A DNA stretch of 34,104 bases, from contig JABCSY010000043.1 of the NCBI GenBank assembly GCA_018238625.1, forward strand, positions 1 through 34,104. Direction: 5' to 3'. Within the stretch, counting starts at the first letter, position 1. Each line of letters starts with the position of its first letter. The stretch is from Promethearchaeota archaeon (GTDB lineage: Archaea > Asgardarchaeota > Lokiarchaeia > Sigyniarchaeales > SOKP01). Shown here piece after piece: positions 9,077 through 17,587 of this stretch. The notes under the pieces were generated by a model. The model saw only the letters and a list, made by a program, of their open reading frames with translations, searched no databases and was not told the DNA's origin. A program made the position numbers and the translations under genes.

Positions 9077-9655
9077 TCATTGATTTCTTCTTAAATAATA
9101 ACCTTTATCATTTAAATTAATAGCAATAATTGCTTTCGGCTTGAGTTTTTGAATATTTTGATAATTATATTTAGATTGGGCTATTGCTATAATTTCATCA
9201 TTACTATTAAAAATCAATAGAATATCGTTCTGTTTTAACGAACTTGGAATAGCGCGTATCATAGTTTTTAGAATACTATTCCCATAAAGAATGGATTTTT
9301 CTCCTTTATCATTTAAATGAATTCTCTTAAGATCAGAAAACAAATTATTATGATATAGAAATTCTGCACCTTCTAAACTGATATAGAAATTTCCTTTCTT
9401 AATAAAACCAAAATATAAACCTGCTGAGATAATTTTATCGTTTTTTAAAGTCGGTAAAAATCTAAGTTGATCTTTTGAAATTAAAAAAATTGAAGGAAAC
9501 TTGCTTTTTGCTTCCAAGTCATTTAAGGAAATAGATAATCTATAGTCTGTTTTCTCGAAAAAGGTTAATATCTTGGGGGATATTTTTATAAGGGAGTCGT
9601 AAATCATCGTTGTTTCAATTTTATTTACAAGCCTAAAAGTTTTTAAATCTCTCAT
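9077..9655 (-). CDS. nip7: Nip7-like ribosome biogenesis protein (PUA domain)
   Basis: SAGLYFGFI...ISLEGA, GEKSILYG, IIAIA and DKGYYLR motifs. Confidence 0.8.
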   Translation of the reverse strand: MRDLKTFRLVNKIETTMIYDSLIKISPKILTFFEKTDYRLSISLNDLEAKSKFPSIFLISKDQLRFLPTLKNDKIISAGLYFGFIKKGNFYISLEGAEFLYHNNLFSDLKRIHLNDKGEKSILYGNSILKTMIRAIPSSLKQNDILLIFNSNDEIIAIAQSKYNYQNIQKLKPKAIIAINLNDKGYYLRRNQ

Positions 9656-9661
9656 TACTCA

Positions 9662-10027
9662 CTAAGGATTTATTTGCTTATCTTGAAATAAATCTTTTAA
9701 CATTTTTTTTAATTGCTTTTTGGATTCTGGAATATTTTTTGTAATAATGTCCCATATTATTTCCAAATCAATTTTGAAATAACCATGAGCGGCGATATTT
9801 CTTAATCCTATCATTTGAGGCCAAGGAAGATCAGGAAACTTAATTTTAATTTCCTCTGGAATGTTTTTTGATGCTTCTCCTATAAGTTCTAAATTTCTTA
9901 AAACCGCATCAATTACCATTTGATTCTCGCAAAAATTTTTATAATCTAAACCCTCAATATATTTCTCAATCAATAAAATGAATTCATTAATATCTTCAAG
10001 AAATAATTTAACGGTTCGTTTTTTCAT
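9662..10027 (-). CDS. hepT: HEPN (DUF86/HepT) RNase toxin
   Basis: DAVLRNLELIGEA...PW..MIGLRNIAAHGY, containing the RX4HXY motif. Confidence 0.9.
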   Translation of the reverse strand: MKKRTVKLFLEDINEFILLIEKYIEGLDYKNFCENQMVIDAVLRNLELIGEASKNIPEEIKIKFPDLPWPQMIGLRNIAAHGYFKIDLEIIWDIITKNIPESKKQLKKMLKDLFQDKQINP

Positions 10028-10314
10028 ACATAAATCACTTCATGCAGAATTTTATCTTTCATTTGAGGTCTAAGAGCATTTTTTGTTGCCAAATCAACTT
10101 TTTTGTTTAATATTTTTTCAAGAAATTCTTTAAGTATAGAATATTTCCAACCAATTGGACCGTTGAATTTAACATAGATATCTATGTCGCTTTCAGGCGT
10201 TTCTTCACCTCTAGAATATGAACCGAAAACGCCAATTTTCTCAACATAGAATTGATTTTTTAAATAATCTTTTTGTTCTCTTAAAATAGATTCAATTTTC
10301 TTTAACTCAAGCAT
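10024..10314 (-). CDS. mntA: Minimal nucleotidyltransferase (MNT/MntA) antitoxin
   Basis: GSX10DXD motif (FGSYSRGEETPESDID) and KVDL; 4-bp ATGA overlap with the HEPN gene. Confidence 0.9.
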   Translation of the reverse strand: MLELKKIESILREQKDYLKNQFYVEKIGVFGSYSRGEETPESDIDIYVKFNGPIGWKYSILKEFLEKILNKKVDLATKNALRPQMKDKILHEVIYV

Positions 10315-10481
10315 AATATTTTAGAATTAATTATTCCTAGATAAATATTTTTTTTTATATTATATTAAATATTAGAGGTTAAAAATTTTTAAAATCTCTC
10401 TTCATCAATCAAAATAAAAAGAAATAAGTAATTTTATTATTATTAGTCAATTAAGGTATTAAATAATAGTGATATTGAAAA

Positions 10482-11198
10482 ATGGGCATTCGAAAGATTG
10501 AAGATGAAATTGATTTAAGAGAAGCTATGAAAAGGAAGGCAGCAGAGTTAAAAGTAAAAGATATTCAAGCTAAAGCTTCGACAGAAAACTTTACAAAAGA
10601 AAAACTTCGGGAACTGGCAAAAAAACATGGAGTTATATTGGCTTTAACTCCTGAATTGAAGGATCAAGTCAGAGATTTACAAAGAAAGTATAACATACCG
10701 TCTTCAAAAATCATAACAGAACAAATCATGGAAAACGATGTTTTGAAGAAGTTTTCAAAAATCGACCACGAAAAGTTAGGAATGCTCGCTTATCAAAGAG
10801 TTTTGATGCAAAAAGAAGAAATTGGAGTTGGTTTAATGCCCATTTCTGAAGTTTATGACTTAGTAAATACAGGTATTTTAAAAGAAGTATTAGATTTAAA
10901 AGATTTACTCAAAGCATTAAAGATTCTAAAAAAAGATCGCGTTATAGAGGAATTACAAGAATTAAAGGGCAGTTCCGTAATGGTAAGGTTCTTTCCGGTT
11001 CAGTACACTAACGACCAAGTGAAAATTATCGGAATCGCAAAAGAAAAAGGTTATGTTTCGATTGAAGATATTTGTATTGCTCTAACATGGTCTCAAGATC
11101 GCGCCCTACAAACCCTAAAATCGTTAGAAGATAGTGGAATCGCTAAATTTAGGGAATCTCTTTTAAAAGGAAAGCAGTGGTATTTCCCTTCAATATAA
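10482..11198 (+). CDS. ESCRT-II Vps22/Vps36-like (EAP30 domain) protein
   Basis: Tandem winged helices (GLMPISEVY...DLLKALKIL; GYVSIEDI...WSQDRALQTL...QWYFPS); clustered with Vps25, Vps4 and ESCRT-III genes. Confidence 0.8.
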   Translation: MGIRKIEDEIDLREAMKRKAAELKVKDIQAKASTENFTKEKLRELAKKHGVILALTPELKDQVRDLQRKYNIPSSKIITEQIMENDVLKKFSKIDHEKLGMLAYQRVLMQKEEIGVGLMPISEVYDLVNTGILKEVLDLKDLLKALKILKKDRVIEELQELKGSSVMVRFFPVQYTNDQVKIIGIAKEKGYVSIEDICIALTWSQDRALQTLKSLEDSGIAKFRESLLKGKQWYFPSI

Positions 11199-11203
11199 GA
11201 GAT

Positions 11204-12100
11204 TTATTCTATTTTAATTTTAAAAGAAAGCTGACCGTCATCAAGTTTTATAATCTGCCCTCTCTTATCCTTTTCCAATATTTTAAATATTTTTATTATG
11301 TCGTTATTGGGAAGCGTATTAAAAGCTTTGTTAGATTCTCTTATTTCAAATATTAATATTGGTTCTAATGGTGAAATTTCCATGGCCCAATCATAGATAT
11401 CTTCGGCCCAATTATCTAGACTTTTCCAATAAACTCTTAATTTTTCTTTACTTTTTGATAGCCATTCAGCTTGTTCTTTATTTACTAGTTCTTCAGCGAG
11501 TATCTTTAAAGCTGAGTTACGATCTTCAAAGTTTGAAAAAGGTTTATCGGATTCTAACTTTCTAAGATATAAGATGTGGAGAATAGCGTAGCGAGCGTAG
11601 TCAAAAAGAACTTTAGACCATTCGCTTTTCCAAGATTCGTAATCCTTCAAGTTTGTTTTTTTATTAGGAAGAGAAAACATGAAAACATATCTTTTTTCTT
11701 CGAGCCAAGGATAATCGTTCAATAACAACTCGTAAGTTGATATTTCTCTGACAACGACACCCTTCTCTCTTATTATTTCTAACTCAATCTCTTGGAGCTC
11801 TTTCTCGATTTGAATGGCATTTTGTTTATAAGCTGTTTGATCGATTTCTCCTAGCTTTGATGTGAGAAAGTCTTCAATTTTATCTAAACGCGCTTCTATT
11901 TCTTCGCTTGTTTCTTCCTCAGTAATTTCTTCTGTACCCGCTTCTTGTATCGCTTCTTGCCTTTCTTTCGCTTGTTGGCTTCTTAGTACTTTTAACCGAG
12001 CCAACTCTTTTCTTAAGTCTTCAAGTTCCTTATCTGCTTTTTCTTTAACTTCTTTAGGAACTTCTTTAGGTTTTACCTTTTGCCTCTCCATATTTTCCAA
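11204..12100 (-). CDS. ESCRT-II Vps25-like protein with long N-terminal charged/coiled-coil extension
   Basis: W...WSKVLFDY, AEW and VYWKSLDNWAEDIYDWA (Vps25 signature), plus synteny. Confidence 0.8.
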   Translation of the reverse strand: MENMERQKVKPKEVPKEVKEKADKELEDLRKELARLKVLRSQQAKERQEAIQEAGTEEITEEETSEEIEARLDKIEDFLTSKLGEIDQTAYKQNAIQIEKELQEIELEIIREKGVVVREISTYELLLNDYPWLEEKRYVFMFSLPNKKTNLKDYESWKSEWSKVLFDYARYAILHILYLRKLESDKPFSNFEDRNSALKILAEELVNKEQAEWLSKSKEKLRVYWKSLDNWAEDIYDWAMEISPLEPILIFEIRESNKAFNTLPNNDIIKIFKILEKDKRGQIIKLDDGQLSFKIKIE

Positions 12101-12112
12101 CTTTAATTTTTA

Positions 12113-13330
12113 TTAATATTCTCCGAATTCTTTTGCCCATTGTTCGTATTGGTTTAGAGCCGCTTTAGTTGTCATTGGTTTAACTTTTTTTAATGTTTTA
12201 GCAAAATCTTTTAAATTAAGATCCCTTACAATTACTTCTTGATCGGAGTTTTCTAAAAGCCCACCCATATCTAATTCTCTAATTGGAAGCATAATGACTT
12301 CGCGGCACACGTTAGAAATATCTCTTCCCGAATATCCTTCAGACCGAACTCCTAATTCGATAAAATCTTCTTCAGTTAACGCCATATTAATACCTGCGGT
12401 ATGAATTTTAAAGATTCCAATTCTGGCTGTTAGATCTGGAAGTGGCACATACACTTTCTTCTCAAATCTACTAAGCATAGCAGCGTCAATGTCCCAAGGT
12501 CGATTAGTAGCCCCTAAAACTAATAATGGTTTTTTAGAACCCGATTTAACGCCTTGAATTTCGCTTAACAATTGCGTTTTTACCCGTCTTTCGCCACCTC
12601 CTTCGTGCCCTTGACCTCTCTTAGTTGCCACCGAGTCAATTTCATCCATAAAAATTAAACTTGGAGCTTTAATTCGAGCAACTTTAAAAAGCGAGCTGAT
12701 TAATTTCTCACTTTCGCCTAACCATTTGCTTAATAAATCTGCGGATGAAACGCTAAAAAATGTCGCTTCGCATTCCGTAGCAGCAGCTCTCGCTAATAAT
12801 GTTTTTCCACAACCAGGTGGGCCAAACAATAAAATGCCTGACCATGGTTTTCTTGCTCCCGTAAAAAGTTGGGGTTTCATAATTGGCAACACTATCGCTT
12901 CTCTTAAAGCTTGTTTAGACGACTTTAAGCCCGCAATATCGTTCCACCTTACGTTAGGAGATTCTGTTAATATTGTGCCTGAAATCGAATCTATAATTTC
13001 TTGTTCTTCAGCAGAGTATTGTCCCTCCTCCCCTTTTCCCTCGCCATCTTTGGCTTCACTTGTTCCAATAGAGGGTCTACCTTTTCTGGCACGAGGGCCA
13101 CTTAAATGTACTTTTAGTACGTTAGCACGATTAATATACTGTTCAATTTGATCGTGACATTTTCTAACCATTATTGGGTTTTTGTTAAATTGTACGAATT
13201 GAATAAGAATTTCTGCGGCTCTTTGATATTTATTTAGCGCTTGTCTATAATGTCCCTTCTCGTCTAATGCTACTGCTGCTTGTGCTTCTTGAACAGCGTA
13301 TTGATAAAGTTTACTGTCAACACTACTCAA
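12113..13330 (-). CDS. vps4: Vps4 AAA+ ATPase with N-terminal MIT domain
   Basis: MIT (AVALDEKG.Y..AL..Y...YINRA), Walker A GPPGCGKT, pore loop SKWLGESEK, Walker B FMDEID, GATNRPW, C-terminal WAKEFG. Confidence 0.93.
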   Translation of the reverse strand: MSSVDSKLYQYAVQEAQAAVALDEKGHYRQALNKYQRAAEILIQFVQFNKNPIMVRKCHDQIEQYINRANVLKVHLSGPRARKGRPSIGTSEAKDGEGKGEEGQYSAEEQEIIDSISGTILTESPNVRWNDIAGLKSSKQALREAIVLPIMKPQLFTGARKPWSGILLFGPPGCGKTLLARAAATECEATFFSVSSADLLSKWLGESEKLISSLFKVARIKAPSLIFMDEIDSVATKRGQGHEGGGERRVKTQLLSEIQGVKSGSKKPLLVLGATNRPWDIDAAMLSRFEKKVYVPLPDLTARIGIFKIHTAGINMALTEEDFIELGVRSEGYSGRDISNVCREVIMLPIRELDMGGLLENSDQEVIVRDLNLKDFAKTLKKVKPMTTKAALNQYEQWAKEFGEY

Positions 13331-13544
13331 ATTTATAATGACCTTTTTAAATTATTTATTTATCTTGTTTATCTTAAAAAATTATTAATATTTATAGCTA
13401 ATCTAGTTCGATACTTATTTTATTTATTAATACATCCAAATATATCAAATTTTCTCTTTAAAATTGTACTGTAAACATTGGTCTACAACAAAAAATTATA
13501 TAATCTTGGATTTTTAATATTATTATATAGTAATAACGAAAAAA

Positions 13545-14183
13545 TTGATGATGAATATGGGATTTCTTAAAGATATGTCAAAGTGGTTGTCCGGTGGCCA
13601 AAAAAGTGATTCTGTTCGCTCTGCTACCGTCAAATTAAAGGTGTTCAACAAAAGATTGGCTCGTCAGACTAGGAAAATGGAGATGACATCTAAATTAGCG
13701 AGAGATAAAGCTGTAAAACTTCGAAAAGCTGGTGATATGGACGGTTCAGAATTTCACGCGCGAAATTATCTTCAAGTTAAAAAGCAAGCTAGAGCGATTG
13801 ACCATTTCAGAACTAACTTAGAAGGAATGGTATTTAAGTTGGAACAGGCTAACGCTGTTAAAGATATTTCATTTATCATGCAAGGTATTGCCACTAGCTT
13901 AGGTGCATTAAAAAATCAGTTATCGGTTCCTCAGCTTACAGACTTGATGACCACAATTGGTATTGATATGGAAGATTTTTCTGTTGTTGAAGAGATAACA
14001 TCTGACGGAATAGACGACATGACTCTCGATACAGCAGTTACTGATAACCAGGTTAAGGAGATATTAGGCGAAATCGATGCCGAGATACAAGTTGAAGTAG
14101 GTGGAGCATTACCTTCGGTTGATCCCGATGGAAAGGTAAAAGAATTAGAAGATGAATTAAACAAGTTGAAGTCGCGAGATTAG
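13545..14183 (+). CDS. ESCRT-III subunit, Vps2/Vps24/Vps46 (CHMP1-3)-like
   Basis: Amphipathic N-terminal MGFLKDMSKWL, basic helical hairpin (KAGDMDGSEFHARNY), acidic tail with LPSVDP and ELEDELNKLK. True start is possibly ATG 13557. Confidence 0.88.
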   Translation: MMMNMGFLKDMSKWLSGGQKSDSVRSATVKLKVFNKRLARQTRKMEMTSKLARDKAVKLRKAGDMDGSEFHARNYLQVKKQARAIDHFRTNLEGMVFKLEQANAVKDISFIMQGIATSLGALKNQLSVPQLTDLMTTIGIDMEDFSVVEEITSDGIDDMTLDTAVTDNQVKEILGEIDAEIQVEVGGALPSVDPDGKVKELEDELNKLKSRD

Positions 14184-14277
14184 ATTTTTTTTTTTAAGTT
14201 TCTCTTTTTGACTACCAAGCAAAATTATTTAAGCTAAAACTCTATTTTTAATTTATTCTCTAATTCAATATTTAAAA

Positions 14278-15294
14278 GTGTTAAAAATGAATCCAGAATT
14301 AATAACGATTGGTAGTTGTACTCTTGATTGTATGCTACAAGTTAAAGATATTCTTAGATTTGAATTGTTTGATAAAGAAATTGTTAAAAAATACACTGCA
14401 ATTGAATACAGTCGCAAACTGAATGTCGATGGCGTTCTATTTGTTCCTGGGGGGTCTGCTGCCAATATTGCGTCAAATTGCGCGATGTTGGGGTTAAAAA
14501 GCGCTTATCTTGGCGTATTAGGGAACGACTTTTCAGCAAGTATTTGTTTAGATGATATGAAAAAAAGAGGTGTAGATCTTTCAAGTATCATTCAAACTGA
14601 TGAGGATTGTACGGCGTTTTCAGTAATTTTAAAAACTGAATGGGGAAAAGACAGAAGTATTCTTGCTTATAAAGGTGCAAATAACATGTTAAAACCAGAG
14701 GATGTAAAAGAAGATATATTTCAAGATATCAAAGCTTTTGCTTGGACATCGTTAACTACCGAAAGTGGTTGTAGAGCAATTGAGAAAGCACTAACGCTCA
14801 CTTTAGAAAACGGTGGTAAAGTATTTGCCGCACCCAGCATGTCAATTATTAAAAACAACCCAAAATGGGCAAGAATTCTTATTTCAAACTCAAATGTCGT
14901 TTCATTAAATAAAGAAGAGGCTCAAGAGTTTACAAACGAGACAGATATAGTTCACATGATTCATAACTTTTTAGATCTTGGAATAAAATTAATTTCAATT
15001 ACCGATGGTCCCAATGGCTCAATTATATCTGATGGCAAACATATTGTGAACAGTTCAATTTACGAGGGTCCGGTCGAAGACACCACAGGAGCAGGAGACG
15101 CTTTTCTAAGTGGACTACTAATATCCCAACTAAACGAGTTTAGTTTAGAGAAATCGTCTAAGATGGCAACAGCAATGTCTTACTTAGAAAGCAAAGAGGT
15201 CGGGGTTCGAGAGGGCTTACCTAATAGTTTACGTGAGTTAGAAGCCTTTATAGATAATAATGAGATAAAACAAAAAGTTTCAAAGATAGTTTGA
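14278..15294 (+). CDS. PfkB/ribokinase-family carbohydrate or nucleoside kinase
   Basis: PGGSAANIA, NKEEA and DTTGAGDAF motifs. Confidence 0.9.
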   Translation: MLKMNPELITIGSCTLDCMLQVKDILRFELFDKEIVKKYTAIEYSRKLNVDGVLFVPGGSAANIASNCAMLGLKSAYLGVLGNDFSASICLDDMKKRGVDLSSIIQTDEDCTAFSVILKTEWGKDRSILAYKGANNMLKPEDVKEDIFQDIKAFAWTSLTTESGCRAIEKALTLTLENGGKVFAAPSMSIIKNNPKWARILISNSNVVSLNKEEAQEFTNETDIVHMIHNFLDLGIKLISITDGPNGSIISDGKHIVNSSIYEGPVEDTTGAGDAFLSGLLISQLNEFSLEKSSKMATAMSYLESKEVGVREGLPNSLRELEAFIDNNEIKQKVSKIV

Positions 15295-15381
15295 TTGAAA
15301 AGATAAAAAGATACAAATAAACCTGCTGAAATCAGATCTATTGGAAGATGGTACGGGCAATTTTTAAAAGGGTACGCTGGA

Positions 15382-15636
15382 GTGTCAGTAATACTTTCCT
15401 ATATTGAATTTTTTAATTTATTTGTACCTCAACTTGCAAAAGATCTGTCGCTAACAATTTTCATCATGCTATTAATAGTGTTTATCCCGTTTCCATTAGT
15501 AATGATGATTCCTATAATTCCAGCTTTTATAATTTCGGATCGGCTAAAAGGGCACAGAATAAGATATATAAGGAAAAAAGCAAGCAAATTGGGTATTACA
15601 TCTAAAGCAGAAGTGAATTTTGAATTAAAAAATTAA
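15382..15636 (+). CDS. Small 2-TM membrane protein, start uncertain (possible fragment)
   Basis: Hydrophobic ORF; frame is open from 15307 without a canonical start until GTG 15382. Confidence 0.4.
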   Translation: MSVILSYIEFFNLFVPQLAKDLSLTIFIMLLIVFIPFPLVMMIPIIPAFIISDRLKGHRIRYIRKKASKLGITSKAEVNFELKN

Positions 15637-15727
15637 ACATTCCCTTCTTTATATTAACTCATATTAAAGCAATAAATTTTAATTTCTTAATATATTTTTT
15701 ATATCGTTAAACAACTTATACTAAAAA

Positions 15728-15859
15728 GCGCTGCTAGTATAGTTCGGATGATTCTTATTCACCGAGTATAATGGTCAGTATGCCAGGTTGCCATGAAAGT
15801 TTTAATCTAAAGATTTTCGCAATGACTTGGCGACCCGGGTTCGATTCCCGGGCGGCGCA
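15728..15859 (+). tRNA. tRNA-Gly(GCC) with two introns (~15743-15771 at position ~15/16; 15794-15824 at 37/38)
   Basis: Acceptor GCGCTGC/GCGGCGC-A; anticodon stem CCAGG/CTTGG around TT-GCC-A; T arm CCGGG-TTCGATT-CCCGG; strict BHB for the 37/38 intron; TATA-like TTTTTATAT ~15696. Confidence 0.9.
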
Positions 15860-15901
15860 TAATTTTCTTTAATAATATTACATTTGAAATCCAGGAAAGT
15901 A

Positions 15902-16720
15902 CTAATCTAAAATAACCGATAGGTCGTGATCGAAATAGCTAGTTAGTATAATTAACAATAATTCAAGATAATTTCCTGATAAATTAATATTCCATCTTTT
16001 ATTTAACTGTTTAAGAAGTTCCTTCTTCCGTAATTTTTTAGGTTTTTTATATTTATCGAGAAGATCAATCAAATCTCTTGAATATTCGTGAAGATTTAAA
16101 AGTTCATTTTTTAATACAAATTTACTCGTCTCTAAATTGTAAGTGTCGAAAAAATTTTGAACGATAGCTCGTTCAATACCCATTTTTTTCGGATTAATAA
16201 TATTAGTATCGTCCTTGACTATTTGATTAGCTTGAAGAACTATGTGTTCCTCGTATAGTATTTTGTCCTTTTTATAATCTTCTGCTGAAATTATCGCTAT
16301 CTCATTTTTAAAAGAATTTGAAGTTATATATTTGAGAAAGTTTTTAATTTGTTTATTAATGAAAGGATCGCTAGAGAGAATCACTATTTTTTTACCAGTA
16401 ACGATTGCTCTAATCGTGTTTATTAATAGAGAAGGAAGTAAATTTATTTTAATTAAAGATATATTAAATTCTTCTATTTCAGTAGGTACCGTTTCAATTT
16501 TTTTATTTGGTAAAGCTTCAGGAAGCGCTATCTGGAAATCAGCAATATAACAATCTCTAATAGAAAAATTTTTATCTACATACGCAATAAACGAATGTGA
16601 ACAGAAAGTCTTATCAATATTAATAGCAAATAATCCCTTCGCTGCCTTTTTAACATCTTCCTCGGAGATTTCAAGCTCTCCTCTTTTTGAACAAGCGGGG
16701 CAACGAACTTCAATTTTCAT
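15902..16720 (-). CDS. Zn-ribbon (CxxC...CxH) protein with DENN/folliculin-C-like domain, paralogue 1
   Basis: RCPAC...FCSHSFIAYVDKNF; RAIVTGKKIVILS; helical C-terminus; paralogous to 19579-20424. CDS is solid, DENN call is inference. Confidence 0.6.
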   Translation of the reverse strand: MKIEVRCPACSKRGELEISEEDVKKAAKGLFAINIDKTFCSHSFIAYVDKNFSIRDCYIADFQIALPEALPNKKIETVPTEIEEFNISLIKINLLPSLLINTIRAIVTGKKIVILSSDPFINKQIKNFLKYITSNSFKNEIAIISAEDYKKDKILYEEHIVLQANQIVKDDTNIINPKKMGIERAIVQNFFDTYNLETSKFVLKNELLNLHEYSRDLIDLLDKYKKPKKLRKKELLKQLNKRWNINLSGNYLELLLIILTSYFDHDLSVILD

Positions 16721-16857
16721 AAATTCTTATTAAATTATTCAACTTACCGAAGTATTAGTATAACTCGAATTATCAATAAAGTTGAATTATTCTTTTTTAA
16801 GTAACTATTAACCATTTGAGTTTATTAAGATAGCTAAGAAAAATGTAATGCTTTTTT

Positions 16858-17466
16858 TCATTTTCTTATAATGTAGTCAATCATGCCTTGAGTAGAATCC
16901 CGCTCACTCAGATATTCCCTTCTGATTTGTTTATAGATAATTTTATAATCTTCAAAATATCTATCGCCTTCTTTATATTCGAAATAAGTGTGTGAAAATT
17001 GTTCTCCATTTTCTTCATCCATAAATGTACCCGAACTAATTTCTTTTCCAATTCCATAACTAGAATCGTCTATCGAAAGTAAATTCACATAAATTAATCC
17101 TTGCTTTTTAAGAACACGAAACATTTCATTGATAGCTTCTGCTATTTCTTCTTTATTCATATGAAAGATGGTATTGTAAGTGTATACAAATCCAAATGCT
17201 TCATTTTCATAAGGAAGTTTTCTCATGTCCCCCTTAGTAATGTTTAAGTTAAAGCCGTTCTTTTTAGCAAAATTTTCTGCATTTTGAATCCGCTCTTCTG
17301 AAATTTCGATTCCATAAGTTTCAAATCCATGGATTGCAAAAAGTGCGAGTTTAGGAAAGTTACCCCCCGCCCCACAATCTAGTATAGTCTGTTCAACTTG
17401 AGCATCATGTGTGTAATCTAGAAAATTATATAAAGGTGCTGGAAAAATCTTTTGAGTCATTTTCAT
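16858..17466 (-). CDS. Class I SAM-dependent methyltransferase
   Basis: ILDCGAGG, YGIEIS, GDMRKLPY and EMFRVLKKQG motifs. Confidence 0.9.
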   Translation of the reverse strand: MKMTQKIFPAPLYNFLDYTHDAQVEQTILDCGAGGNFPKLALFAIHGFETYGIEISEERIQNAENFAKKNGFNLNITKGDMRKLPYENEAFGFVYTYNTIFHMNKEEIAEAINEMFRVLKKQGLIYVNLLSIDDSSYGIGKEISSGTFMDEENGEQFSHTYFEYKEGDRYFEDYKIIYKQIRREYLSERDSTQGMIDYIIRK

Positions 17467-17587
17467 ATCACTAATTCTTACTGTACTTAAATTAATTTGA
17501 ATTTCTTATTAAAATATTGTATAAAAGTCATAATTATCTTCGTGAAAGGGCTGTTTCACGATCTGTTTTTAAAAATAAAAAAAAAAG

